This document shows, one piece after another, positions 11,872 through 21,167 of a stretch of 64,000 nucleotides of DNA. The position numbers and the translations under genes are program-made. Origin of the DNA: an uncultured Clostridia bacterium (GTDB taxonomy: Bacteria; Bacillota; Clostridia; TANB77; CAG-508); NCBI GenBank assembly GCA_963556825.1, contig CAUWAM010000001.1:685-64684 (forward strand), written 5' to 3'. The notes beneath the pieces are model-generated. The model was given only the letters and a program-made list of their open reading frames with translations. It did no database searches and had not been told where the DNA came from. Numbering within the stretch: position 1 is the stretch's first letter; each line of letters begins with the position of its first letter.

Positions 11872-12873
11872 GTGACTAAAATGGAGAAAGATATACTAAC
11901 ACTAGGAATTGAATCAAGTTGTGATGAAACCTCAGTAGCAGTAATAAAAAATGGAAGAGAAATATTGTCAAATATTATAGATACACAAATACCAATACAT
12001 GAAAAATATGGTGGTGTAGTACCAGAAATAGCTTCAAGAAATCACATTGAAGCTATTTCAAGAGTTACAAAATTAGCATTAAAAGAAGCAAATGTAACAT
12101 TTGAAGATATAGATGCTATAACACCTACATATGGACCAGGATTAGTTGGAGCATTATTAGTTGGGTTATCTTATGGAAAAGCATTAAGCTTTGCAATAAA
12201 TAAACCATTAGTAGGAGTAAATCACATTCAAGGACATATAGCAGCAAATTATATAACATATAAAGAACTAAAACCGCCATTTTTATGTGTGATGATGTCT
12301 GGTGGAAATACACAGCTTATATATGTGAAAAATTATATCGAATTTGAAGTATTAGGAAAAACTAGAGATGATGCTATTGGTGAAGCATTTGACAAAGTAG
12401 CAAGAGTTGTTGGACTTGGATACCCTGGAGGTCCAAAAGTTGATAAAATTGCCAAAGAAGGAAATTCAGAAGCAATAATACTACCAAAAACGCACTTTGA
12501 TAACCTAGATTTTAGTTTTAGTGGAATAAAAACAGCAGTAATAAACTTACACCATAAAACACCAGATATAAACAAATCAGATTTATGTGCAAGCTTTCAA
12601 AAAACAGTTACTGAAATACTAATAGAAAACACAAAAAAAGCATTAGAACAAATAAATATAAAAACAATAGCTTTAGCAGGTGGAGTCTCAGCAAATAGTT
12701 ATATCAGACGCGAATTTTTAAAATTAAAAGAAATAGGAATAGAAGTATATATGCCTGATTTAAAACTATGTACAGACAATGCAGCAATGATAGCATCAGC
12801 AGGTTATTATAATTTTATTAATGGAAAAAGAGATGAATTAAATTTAAATGCAATTCCAAATTTAAAATTATAA
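11872..12873 (+). CDS. tsaD: tRNA N6-adenosine threonylcarbamoyltransferase
   Basis: Kae1/TsaD signature ([14 protein letters not shown], ..GVNHIQGH..); 333 aa. Confidence 0.9.
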   Translation: MTKMEKDILTLGIESSCDETSVAVIKNGREILSNIIDTQIPIHEKYGGVVPEIASRNHIEAISRVTKLALKEANVTFEDIDAITPTYGPGLVGALLVGLSYGKALSFAINKPLVGVNHIQGHIAANYITYKELKPPFLCVMMSGGNTQLIYVKNYIEFEVLGKTRDDAIGEAFDKVARVVGLGYPGGPKVDKIAKEGNSEAIILPKTHFDNLDFSFSGIKTAVINLHHKTPDINKSDLCASFQKTVTEILIENTKKALEQINIKTIALAGGVSANSYIRREFLKLKEIGIEVYMPDLKLCTDNAAMIASAGYYNFINGKRDELNLNAIPNLKL

Positions 12874-12880
12874 AAAATAC

Positions 12881-12908
12881 TTGACAAATTAGAAATATAT
12901 GGTATAAT
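12881..12908 (+). promoter_or_regulatory. sigma-A promoter of the infC-rpmI-rplT operon
   Basis: TTGACA, 16-17 nt spacer, TATAAT. Confidence 0.5.
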
Positions 12909-12909
12909 A

Positions 12910-13047
12910 AATATCGTTACAAGAAGAAGCAATTAACTTCTCACCTTAGTTAAATAAACAAAAGGTTAGAAAATATGAATTTTTACAAATAACATTGTAA
13001 TTATTTTATTAATTGACTTGTAACAAAAGTCAATTTTTTTATTTTAT
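12910..13047 (+). promoter_or_regulatory. L20-type autoregulatory leader with attenuator terminator
   Basis: A ~140-nt leader ends in a perfect 8-bp hairpin aattgact/agtcaatt plus a T7 run, about 15 nt before the infC RBS. The arrangement matches the B. subtilis infC leader attenuation mechanism. Confidence 0.45.
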
Positions 13048-13055
13048 GGAGGTGT

Positions 13056-13571
13056 TTGAACATTAAACAAGAATTATCAATTAATAGTCAAATAAGAGAA
13101 AAAGAAATTCAATTAATAGGAGTAAATGGTGAAAAACTAGGAATAATGTCAACAAAAGAAGCTTTAGAGAAAGCTGAAGAAGAAAACTTAGACTTAGTAT
13201 TAGTAGCACCAAATGCAAAGCCAGCAGTTTGCAAAATAATGAATTATGGAAAATATAAATTTGAGCAAGCTAAAAAAGAAAAAGAAGCAAAGAAAAAACA
13301 AAAAATTTTAGAAGTAAAAGAATTAAGGGTTACTCCAAATATTGAAGAACATGATTTTGAATTTAAATCTAAAAATGCAAGAAAATTCTTAGAAGATGGA
13401 AACAAAGTAAAAATAACAGTAAGATTTAGAGGAAGAGAAGTAAATAATGCTAAATCAGGAGAAAATGTTTTAAACAAATTCATAGAAAAATTAGAGGATG
13501 TTGCTACAGTAGAAAAACAACCAAAATTAGAAGGTAGAAACATGTTTATAATACTAGCTAAAAAAGCATAA
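13056..13571 (+). CDS. infC: translation initiation factor IF-3
   Basis: IF-3 N- and C-domains (..IQLIGVNGEKLGIMSTKEAL.., ..KITVRFRGRE..). The track start is a TTG 3 nt after GGAGG. An ATT at 13062, 9 nt after GGAGG, fits the classical AUU start of infC. Confidence 0.85.
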   Translation: MNIKQELSINSQIREKEIQLIGVNGEKLGIMSTKEALEKAEEENLDLVLVAPNAKPAVCKIMNYGKYKFEQAKKEKEAKKKQKILEVKELRVTPNIEEHDFEFKSKNARKFLEDGNKVKITVRFRGREVNNAKSGENVLNKFIEKLEDVATVEKQPKLEGRNMFIILAKKA

Positions 13572-13612
13572 TAATGCATTTTATATAAAATATTGAAAGG
13601 AGAGAAAAACTC

Positions 13613-13816
13613 ATGGGAAAATTAAAAACAAACAAAGCTGCTAAAAAAAGATATTCATTAACAGCAACAGGAAAAGTAAAAAGAACAAAATCAAACAGAA
13701 GACATTTATTAGCTAACAAAACAAAAAGACAAAAAAAATCAGGAAAAGTTCAAAATGCTTATGCAAGTAAAACTTGTGAAAATACAATTAAAAAATTATT
13801 ACCATATGGTGGTTAA
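13613..13816 (+). CDS. rpmI: 50S ribosomal protein L35
   Basis: 67 aa basic protein MGKLKTNKAAKKR.. Confidence 0.9.
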   Translation: MGKLKTNKAAKKRYSLTATGKVKRTKSNRRHLLANKTKRQKKSGKVQNAYASKTCENTIKKLLPYGG

Positions 13817-13858
13817 TATTATAATTAAAATAAAAGAAATCAAGGAAGGTGAAATAAA

Positions 13859-14209
13859 ATGGCAAGAGTAAAAACAGCAAGAACAACAAGAGCAAGACAT
13901 AAAAAAATATTAAAACAAGCAAAAGGATATTTTGGAGCAAAACACTATAGATTCAGAAATGCAAACCAAGCAGTTATGAAATCATTATCTTATGCATATG
14001 TAGGAAGAAAAGATAAAAAGAGCGATTTCAGAAAATTATGGATAACAAGAATTAATGCAGCTGCAAGAATGAATGGAACAACATATAGTAAAATGATCGC
14101 AGGATTAAAAAAAGCTAATGTTACAATAAACAGAAAAATGTTAGCTGAAATAGCTGTAAGTGATCCAAAAGCATTTGCAGAAGTTGCTGAAATAGCAAAA
14201 AAGGCATAA
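13859..14209 (+). CDS. rplT: 50S ribosomal protein L20
   Basis: 116 aa, [28 protein letters not shown] is a canonical L20 N-terminus. Confidence 0.9.
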   Translation: MARVKTARTTRARHKKILKQAKGYFGAKHYRFRNANQAVMKSLSYAYVGRKDKKSDFRKLWITRINAAARMNGTTYSKMIAGLKKANVTINRKMLAEIAVSDPKAFAEVAEIAKKA

Positions 14210-14237
14210 TTAAATTTAATATAAAAAATAAAAAGAG

Positions 14238-14276
14238 AAGGATTAAATAGCAAAAGCTAATATAATCCTTTTTTTA
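14238..14276. terminator. bidirectional terminator between rplT and spoVAE
   Basis: aaggatta-N17-taatcctt with T7 on the + strand and an A-run on the - strand. Confidence 0.55.
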
Positions 14277-14666
14277 TTGTTTTTTCATTTTGGGTTTAGA
14301 TATTAATGAAGCTAAATAACCAAAGAATACTGCTGCTGCAATTCCTCCAGCAGAAGCCTTAACACCACCAGTAAATGCTCCAATAAGTCCAGACTCTTTT
14401 ACACCTTCAATTGCACCTTTTGCTAGATTATATCCAAAACCAGTAAGTGGAACAGTAGCACCAGCACCAGCAAAATCCACAACATATTGATAAATACCAA
14501 GCCCGCCTAAAATACAGCCAGTAGTTACGAAAACAACTAAAATTCTAGCAGGAGTTAATTTGGTTTTATCAATTAGAAATTGACCAATAACACAAATGAA
14601 GCCACCAACAACGAAACATTTCAAAAGAGACATCCAATTAAAAATACTAGCCCAATCAATACTCAT
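14274..14666 (-). CDS. spoVAE: stage V sporulation protein AE (SpoVAEb-type)
   Basis: 130 aa membrane protein with a Gly-rich SpoVAE signature (..FAGAGATVPLTGFGYNLAKGA..). Confidence 0.8.
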   Translation of the reverse strand: MSIDWASIFNWMSLLKCFVVGGFICVIGQFLIDKTKLTPARILVVFVTTGCILGGLGIYQYVVDFAGAGATVPLTGFGYNLAKGAIEGVKESGLIGAFTGGVKASAGGIAAAVFFGYLASLISKPKMKKQ

Positions 14667-14702
14667 AAAATCATCCTTTCATAATTATATTTATATTTAT
14701 TT

Positions 14703-15704
14703 TTATATTTCAATACTTATAGCATGAGCAACACCAGGGATACTCTCTCCTTGTTGAGAAGAAGTAGAGTTTGTTAAAGCTCCAGTTGCAATTAAAAGCA
14801 ATTTTTTAATCTTTTTCTCCTTTAATTGCTTAAATAGATAACCAGAAAAAACAGTACCACAACAAGCACAACCACTACCACCAGAATGAGTGTCTTGAGT
14901 AGCTTTATCAAAAATTAAAACACCACAGTCATTATAATTAGGTTTAATATTATAACCTTGGGCTTTAACAATATCAATAGCAATACTTTTTCCAATATGG
15001 CCTAAATCACCACTAATAATAGCATCATAATAACTTGGATTTCTACCAGTATCAAGAAAATGAGCGATAAGTGTGTCAGCAAATGCAGGTGCCATAGATG
15101 CACCCATATTATTTGCATCTTTAATTCCCATATCCACAATTTTTCCTGGCGTTATATGAGTAATATAAGGTCCCTGACCGTTTTTGGTAATTATAGTTGC
15201 TCCAGAACCAGTAACAGTCCATTGAGCTGATGGAGGTCTTTGATTTCCTAATTCAAGAGGAAATCTAAATTGTTTTTCTGCACTACAAAAGTGACTAGAA
15301 GTAGCACATAAAACATTTTCGGCAAAACTTTCAACACAAATAGAAGCTAAACAAATAGACTCTACAAATGTAGAACAAGCACCGAATACTCCAAAAAACG
15401 GTAAGTTTATTTCTCTAAGTCCAAAGCTAGAAGAAATACATTGATTTAAAAGATCACCTGCAAAACAACAATCTATTTTATCTGAAGAAATTCCAGATTT
15501 ATGAATTACTGAATTTACAGTTTCTTTTATAATTTTACTTTCAGCTTTTTCCCAAGTTTTTTCACCCCAAAATTCATCTTCTAAAGTTTTATCAAAATAT
15601 TTAGCTAAAGGCCCTTGTGCTTCTTTTGGACCGACAATAGAGGCACATTCTAAAATAGTAGGGGGATTATCAAATTTTATAGTTTGTTTTCCAATCTTTT
15701 GCAA
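14703..15704 (-). CDS. spoVAD: stage V sporulation protein AD
   Basis: 333 aa thiolase/FabH-like fold; N-terminus MQKIGKQTIKFDNPPTILECASIVGPKE is typical of SpoVAD. Confidence 0.85.
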   Translation of the reverse strand: MQKIGKQTIKFDNPPTILECASIVGPKEAQGPLAKYFDKTLEDEFWGEKTWEKAESKIIKETVNSVIHKSGISSDKIDCCFAGDLLNQCISSSFGLREINLPFFGVFGACSTFVESICLASICVESFAENVLCATSSHFCSAEKQFRFPLELGNQRPPSAQWTVTGSGATIITKNGQGPYITHITPGKIVDMGIKDANNMGASMAPAFADTLIAHFLDTGRNPSYYDAIISGDLGHIGKSIAIDIVKAQGYNIKPNYNDCGVLIFDKATQDTHSGGSGCACCGTVFSGYLFKQLKEKKIKKLLLIATGALTNSTSSQQGESIPGVAHAISIEI

Positions 15705-15726
15705 AAAATCAACTCCTTTATTAAAA

Positions 15727-16191
15727 TTATACTAATGTCATAGACTGAGTATTAAAAATCAAATACACAATCCCCACGATTATAGAAGCAGAAATACCAA
15801 AAACTAAAACAGGACCAGCAACAGTAAACATTTTTCCACCAACACCCATAACATAGCCCTCAGATTTATATTCCATAGCAGGAGAAACAATTGAATTTGC
15901 AAAACCTGTAATAGGAACTAAAGAACCAGCACCAGCAAATTTACCAATCTTATTAAAAATATTAAGACCTGTTAAAAATGCAGAAATACCAATTAAAATA
16001 ATAGAAACAATAGTACCAGAAGTAGATTGGTCAAATCCTCGTGCTTTACAAATATTTAAAATAACTTGGCCTATTGTACAAATTAATCCACCAACCCAGA
16101 AAGCATTAAAACAATTTTTCCAAATAGGAGAATTAGGGGATTTTTGATTAACATATTCTTGATAAGTTTGCTTACTTTCAATAGGATTCAT
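15727..16191 (-). CDS. spoVAC: stage V sporulation protein AC
   Basis: 154 aa membrane protein with a SpoVAC signature (..FAGAGSLVPITGFANSIVSPA..). Confidence 0.85.
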   Translation of the reverse strand: MNPIESKQTYQEYVNQKSPNSPIWKNCFNAFWVGGLICTIGQVILNICKARGFDQSTSGTIVSIILIGISAFLTGLNIFNKIGKFAGAGSLVPITGFANSIVSPAMEYKSEGYVMGVGGKMFTVAGPVLVFGISASIIVGIVYLIFNTQSMTLV

Positions 16192-16412
16192 TATCTATCA
16201 TCCTTTCTTTTTAAATCAATAAGAAAACTAATATCTAAATCAACAAAATATTCAGAAATTTTATTTCCATCAATATTTGCTCTTTGTTCTAAAATTTTAA
16301 CACCAGACAAATAATCAATACTTTTTGAAGCTTCAGAAATAGCTTTTACAATGGCATCTTTCCAAGAAACTTCGGAAGAACCAGTAATAATCAAATGTTT
16401 TTCTATATCCAT
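16191..16412 (-). CDS. dodecin-family small protein, first gene of the spoVA operon
   Basis: 73 aa MDIEKHLIITGSSEVSWKDAIVKAISEASKSIDYLSGVKILEQRANIDGNKISEYFVDLDISF aligns with the dodecin pattern (VIEIVGTS..AI..A......L.WFEV......DG.I..FQV...V.F). Perfect RBS aggagg. Its stop TAA overlaps the spoVAC ATG as TAATG. The track's upstream 45 codons are a low-complexity extension. Confidence 0.55.
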   Translation of the reverse strand: MDIEKHLIITGSSEVSWKDAIVKAISEASKSIDYLSGVKILEQRANIDGNKISEYFVDLDISFLIDLKRKDDR

Positions 16413-16439
16413 AAACAACCTCCTAAAATCTTTTAAAAA

Positions 16440-16468
16440 TATTTTTACCGAATTAAGAAAAAATATAC
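16440..16468 (-). promoter_or_regulatory. forespore sigma-F/sigma-G-type promoter for dodecin-spoVA
   Basis: On the - strand, GTATA, 14-15 nt spacer, GGTAAAAATA. This matches GnATA-N15-GGnnAnAnTA. Confidence 0.35.
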
Positions 16469-16531
16469 AAAATATAGAAATTTTATAAAAAAAGAGATAT
16501 AATTTTAAAGAAAAAATAAATGGAGGTAAAG

Positions 16532-17821
16532 ATGATAGATAAAACAAGAGAGATTGCTTTGAAAATATTATATAAAATTAATAAAGAACAAGCGTATTCA
16601 AATATTGCTTTAGATGAAGAAATAAAACAAAACAGGAAAAAATTAAATGATAAAGATATTGGTTTGATATCAGAAATAACATATGGTGTAACAACATGGA
16701 GATTAACTTTGGATGAAATTATTAAAAAATATTCTAAAATAAGATTAAAAAAAATATCACCATGGATTTTAAATATATTAAGAATGGGAATTTATCAAAT
16801 TATATTTTTGGATAAAATACCAAAATCAGCAGCGGTAAATGAAAGTGTTAATTTATCAAAAAGATATGGACATTCATCAAGTTCTAATTTTGTTAATGCA
16901 CTTTTAAGAAAAATAGACAAAAGTGATTATGAAGAATTTTTTCAAATTAAAGATGATTTAGAAAGAATTTCTAAAACTACAGCTATGCCAGAATGGATAG
17001 TAAAAGAGTTGCTAAAAAATAATACTGTAGCAGAGGTAGAAGAAATTTGTAAAAATTCTAATAGTCACCCTAAAATTACAATTAGAATTAATAATTTAAA
17101 AAATTCTAAACAAGAGTTAGAAAATAAATTGAAAGAAAAGAATATTGTGTATGAAGATACTAGATATGAAGATTTTTTAATTTTAAATAAAGTAAAAAAT
17201 ATAGAAAATTTAGATTTATTTAAGCAAGGATTATTTACTATTCAAGATATTTCAGCAGGGCTAGCAGTTAAAATATTGAATCCAAAACCTGGAGAAAAGG
17301 TATTAGATGCTTGTTCTGCTCCTGGAGGAAAAACTACATATATTGCAGAATTAATGCAAAATAAAGGTGATGTCGAAGCATGGGATATTCATGAACATAG
17401 AACTAAATTAGTTATGCAAAATGCAGAAAGATTAAATATAACAATAATTAAAACAAAAGTTAAAGATGCAACAATTTATGATGAAAAGTTAAATGAAAAA
17501 TTTGATAAAATTTTGTTAGATGTTCCATGTTTAGGAATAGGTGTAATAAAAAGAAAACCAGATATAAAATGGCAAAGAAAAATAGAAGATATAGAAGATA
17601 TAACTAAAATACAAAAAAACATTTTAGAATATTGTTCAAAATATTTAAGAAAAGGAGGAGAATTAGTATATTCAACATGTAGTATTTTAAAAAATGAAAA
17701 TGAAGATATTGTAAAAGAGTTTTTAAATAATAACAAAAATTATGAAAAAATGGAAGAAATAAGCATTTTTCCTAATCAAATACAAGATGGATTTTTTATA
17801 TGTAAATTACATAAAAAATAG
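16532..17821 (+). CDS. rsmB: 16S rRNA (cytosine-C5)-methyltransferase RsmB/Sun
   Basis: NusB-like N-terminus, then motifs DACSAPGGKT, DVPCLGIG and a PCxxS-like STCS. The start is the second ATG, after GGAGG. Confidence 0.8.
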   Translation: MIDKTREIALKILYKINKEQAYSNIALDEEIKQNRKKLNDKDIGLISEITYGVTTWRLTLDEIIKKYSKIRLKKISPWILNILRMGIYQIIFLDKIPKSAAVNESVNLSKRYGHSSSSNFVNALLRKIDKSDYEEFFQIKDDLERISKTTAMPEWIVKELLKNNTVAEVEEICKNSNSHPKITIRINNLKNSKQELENKLKEKNIVYEDTRYEDFLILNKVKNIENLDLFKQGLFTIQDISAGLAVKILNPKPGEKVLDACSAPGGKTTYIAELMQNKGDVEAWDIHEHRTKLVMQNAERLNITIIKTKVKDATIYDEKLNEKFDKILLDVPCLGIGVIKRKPDIKWQRKIEDIEDITKIQKNILEYCSKYLRKGGELVYSTCSILKNENEDIVKEFLNNNKNYEKMEEISIFPNQIQDGFFICKLHKK

Positions 17822-17878
17822 AATATTACGCATATATTACAAATATATTACATTTGTATTATATTTAGATTAAAAGTG

Positions 17879-17906
17879 TTGACTTTTTGCTAAAAAACGA
17901 TAGAAT
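17879..17906 (+). promoter_or_regulatory. promoter of the pilus operon
   Basis: TTGACT, 16 nt spacer, TAGAAT, about 100 nt before pilMN. Confidence 0.4.
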
Positions 17907-18007
17907 TAAATAGGATTTAATATCACAAATTGTAAAATAAAACAAGTATGATAATTTTAAAAAAGTAAAAAATAAAAATAAAATACAAAATATTATAAGG
18001 AGAAAAA

Positions 18008-19654
18008 ATGTCTAGTTGCTTAGGAATATATATAGAGAACAATATAATTAAATATGCAAAAGTTTCAAAAGAACGTGAACAGCTAAAAGTTGAATCATAT
18101 GGCGTAAAATTCTATGACAATATAGACCAAACTATTAAGCAAATTGTTGAAGAAACTTACAGTTATAAAACACCAATAAGTATTAATTTATCAGAAGAAA
18201 CTTATAATTATTTTACAATGTTTGCTTTATTAAGTAAAAAAGATTTACCTAAAGCAATAAAAACAGAATTTGAAGCATATTGTGCGGATAAAGGTTATAA
18301 TTCAAATGTTTTTGAAACAAGATATGCTATATCTCCAAATATGCAAGACAAAGAAAAATTAAAAGTAATTCATATTAGTGAAAATAAAATAGAATTAAAT
18401 AAAAAAATTCAAAAATTTAATGGCTATAAATTACAAAGCATTAATCCAATTGGAATGACTATTCCTGATCTAAAAGAATTTGAACCTAAAGAAAATGCTT
18501 TAATAGTTAATATCGAAGAAAAAACAATAATAACTACAATATTAGACCAAAAATTATATGATGTAAAAACATTAGAAGTAGGAAGTCAAGAATTTTTAGA
18601 CAAAATAAATCTTAAAGAAAATTCATATTCAAAAGCATATGAAATTTGTAAACAGACAACAATATATACTTCAGAAGGTAGAGATTTAACAGATGTTGAT
18701 ACAGGATATTTAGAAGATATAATGCCAACATTATATGAGATAGTGGGACAAATAAGAAAAATATTAAATGAAAATGTTAATAAAATCGAAAAAGTATATA
18801 TAACAGGAACAGCAGCATTAATAAACAATATAGATTTGTATTTTGAAGAATATTTAGAAAATGTAAAATGTGAAATTTTAAAACCTAAATTCATAAAAAT
18901 AACACCAGATATAAATATTAAAGATTATGTAGAAGTAAATTCAGCAATTTCATTAGCATTAAGTGGTTTAGGAGAAGGAATAACTGGAATAAACTTCAAA
19001 AAAACAAGTATGTCAGATAGTTTACCAGAATTCTTAAAAATTGAAATAGGTCCAAGCCATAAATATAAAGAAAAATCAAATAAACCAAATCCGTTAAATA
19101 AAATATTTAAAAATAATACATTCACAATGGACTTAAATGTTCCATTAGATAGAGTAGAAAAAGGAATGGTAAGAACAGCAATAGGAATATTAATACTATT
19201 TTTAGTTTATTCTGGATTTTCTATTATGCTAAAAAAACAGATTGACGAAAAAACAGTTGAAGCAAAAACATCAATTGCAAATACAAATTCACAAATACAG
19301 TTAATAGATAATGATAAATCTAAATTACAAGCAAAAACTAGCGAATATACAACTAAAATAAACAACTTACAAAAAGTAAGCGATAAAATAACAGAAATTA
19401 ACAGAACCAAAAAGGCAATACCAAATTTATTAAATAAATTAATGTATATTATGCCTACTGGGGTACAAATTGTATCAATACAGAATACATCAGCTAATCA
19501 TATAGAGATTCAAGCTCAATCGAATAAATATGATCAACTTGGTTTTTTAGTAACTAAAATGCAATTAGAACCAGTTCTTACTAATGTAATTTCTACGGCT
19601 GGTCAAAAATCAAATGGCATTATTACAATAAAGATAGAAGGTGATTTACCATGA
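18008..19654 (+). CDS. pilMN: type IV pilus assembly protein PilM-PilN fusion
   Basis: An actin-like PilM N-domain (~360 aa), then a TM segment (VRTAIGILILFLVYSGF) and a coiled-coil PilN-like C-terminus; 548 aa. PilMN fusions are known in C. difficile-type loci. Confidence 0.75.
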   Translation: MSSCLGIYIENNIIKYAKVSKEREQLKVESYGVKFYDNIDQTIKQIVEETYSYKTPISINLSEETYNYFTMFALLSKKDLPKAIKTEFEAYCADKGYNSNVFETRYAISPNMQDKEKLKVIHISENKIELNKKIQKFNGYKLQSINPIGMTIPDLKEFEPKENALIVNIEEKTIITTILDQKLYDVKTLEVGSQEFLDKINLKENSYSKAYEICKQTTIYTSEGRDLTDVDTGYLEDIMPTLYEIVGQIRKILNENVNKIEKVYITGTAALINNIDLYFEEYLENVKCEILKPKFIKITPDINIKDYVEVNSAISLALSGLGEGITGINFKKTSMSDSLPEFLKIEIGPSHKYKEKSNKPNPLNKIFKNNTFTMDLNVPLDRVEKGMVRTAIGILILFLVYSGFSIMLKKQIDEKTVEAKTSIANTNSQIQLIDNDKSKLQAKTSEYTTKINNLQKVSDKITEINRTKKAIPNLLNKLMYIMPTGVQIVSIQNTSANHIEIQAQSNKYDQLGFLVTKMQLEPVLTNVISTAGQKSNGIITIKIEGDLP

Positions 19655-20334
19655 AAAAAATATTAATAACAACAATTATTATCTTATTAATAATATTAAC
19701 AGGAATTACGATGGTAAAAGGAATAAACGTTGGTAAACTATCTGTTTTAGGAATAAAAGATATAAAAAAAGAAGATGAAAATTTAGATACAACAATTAAA
19801 CAAGCAACAAAATTGGCTAGTACAGACTATAAAAAAAAGATTGATGATTTAAATGACCAAATTAAAAAATTAGAAAATGAAAAACAAGAATATGAAGAAA
19901 TGGTAAATGTAAGTACAGAAACACAAACACAAACAGCAAACCAATTATTAGGTGGTTATAAATTAGAATATTTATATGTAAGAATAGGTTCACATGCAAA
20001 AACTGAAGGTGTAGATATGAATATGGTTGTATCTTTAAGTTCATCAGGAGCACAAGATATGTATAATATAAATTTTACAGTGACAGGAGCATATGCCAGA
20101 ATAGCAGAATTTATAACAGACATTGAAGATGATTCTTCATTAGGATTTAAAATAGAAGATTTCAAAATGATACCAAGTTCATCAACAGATACAAATACAC
20201 TTCAAGCTACATTTGTATGTAAAGATGTTAAAATAGAAGGAATATCTTCAACAACATCTACAATGCAACAAGATACAAATACAACAAATGATAGTGTGGA
20301 TAATACCACAGAAACAACAAATACAACAAAATAA
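19651..20334 (+). CDS. pilO: type IV pilus assembly protein PilO-like
   Basis: N-terminal TM, a coiled coil (DLNDQIKKLENEKQEYEEM) and a C-terminal ferredoxin-like region. Its start overlaps the pilMN stop (ATGA). Confidence 0.6.
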   Translation: MKKILITTIIILLIILTGITMVKGINVGKLSVLGIKDIKKEDENLDTTIKQATKLASTDYKKKIDDLNDQIKKLENEKQEYEEMVNVSTETQTQTANQLLGGYKLEYLYVRIGSHAKTEGVDMNMVVSLSSSGAQDMYNINFTVTGAYARIAEFITDIEDDSSLGFKIEDFKMIPSSSTDTNTLQATFVCKDVKIEGISSTTSTMQQDTNTTNDSVDNTTETTNTTK

Positions 20335-20349
20335 TTTGAAAGGAGAAAA

Positions 20350-20784
20350 ATGATGAAAACAAAGAATATAATAAAAGAAATAATAATTGTTTTATTATTA
20401 ATATTAGCGATTATTTTAATATTAGGTATATTACTATATGAGTATGTACCAAATAACAAAATAATTCCACAACAAGTATCATATACTACTCCTGAAAATG
20501 TAAAAAATGAATTAGCAACAAGTGAAAATATTGATGATTCACAAGTAATAGTAACTTATGAAGTAACTGCGTCAGATTTAACAAATTACAAAAAAACTAA
20601 AGATTATGTTTCAGGAAAGAAAAATCCGTTTGAATCACTTACACAACAAAATTCAACAAATGGAGAAAATAATGAAACAGAAAATAATACAACAACAGGA
20701 ACAACAAATACTAACTCAAGTTCAACAATTAAAAATACAACAGATACTTCAGAAGGATATTTACCAGATAAAGGTACAAAATAA
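20350..20784 (+). CDS. hypothetical single-TM protein with a Thr/Asn-rich tail
   Basis: N-terminal TM IIIVLLLILAIILILGILLY and a low-complexity C-terminus. Possibly an accessory pilus biogenesis protein. Confidence 0.4.
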   Translation: MMKTKNIIKEIIIVLLLILAIILILGILLYEYVPNNKIIPQQVSYTTPENVKNELATSENIDDSQVIVTYEVTASDLTNYKKTKDYVSGKKNPFESLTQQNSTNGENNETENNTTTGTTNTNSSSTIKNTTDTSEGYLPDKGTK

Positions 20785-20864
20785 TTAAGTTATTAACATT
20801 ATATTTATATTATTATAAATATAGAATTTATATATAAAATCAAAAGAAAAGGAGGATGACATTA

Positions 20865-21083
20865 ATGAAAGAACAAAAAGGTATTACTTTAGTAGCATTA
20901 GTTATCACAATCATAATATTATTAATATTAGCTGGTATTTCTATAGCTACATTACAACAAACAAACTTATTTGGACAAGCTCAAAGAGCTGCAAATGAAA
21001 CAAAAAATGCAGCAGCTAATGAAGCTAACGCATTAAACCAATATAGTGATGAAATTAACAAATATTTACCAGAAAACCAATAA
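20865..21083 (+). CDS. pilA: short type IV (pseudo)pilin, probable major subunit (66 aa mature)
   Basis: Class III signal MKEQKG|ITLVALVITIIILLILAGISIATL, then ~40 aa of helix. Strong RBS aaggagg, and its own terminator downstream. Position +5 is Ala, not Glu. Confidence 0.65.
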   Translation: MKEQKGITLVALVITIIILLILAGISIATLQQTNLFGQAQRAANETKNAAANEANALNQYSDEINKYLPENQ

Positions 21084-21104
21084 TAATTTAGGTAAATTTA
21101 ATAA

Positions 21105-21142
21105 AAGGCATATGCATAAAAATATGTATATGCCTATTTTAA
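21105..21142 (+). terminator. intrinsic terminator after the pilin gene
   Basis: 13-bp stem aggcatatgcata / tatgtatatgcct followed by a T-run. Confidence 0.55.
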
Positions 21143-21167
21143 AAATAATAAAACAAAGGAGCATTAA

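Noticed and set aside
20606-20788. Gln-rich 60-aa ORF (MFQERKIRLNHLH..QQQEQQILTQVQQ).
   Set aside because: It is an alternative frame inside the Thr/Asn-rich tail of the 20350-20784 gene, the repeat-driven low-complexity region.
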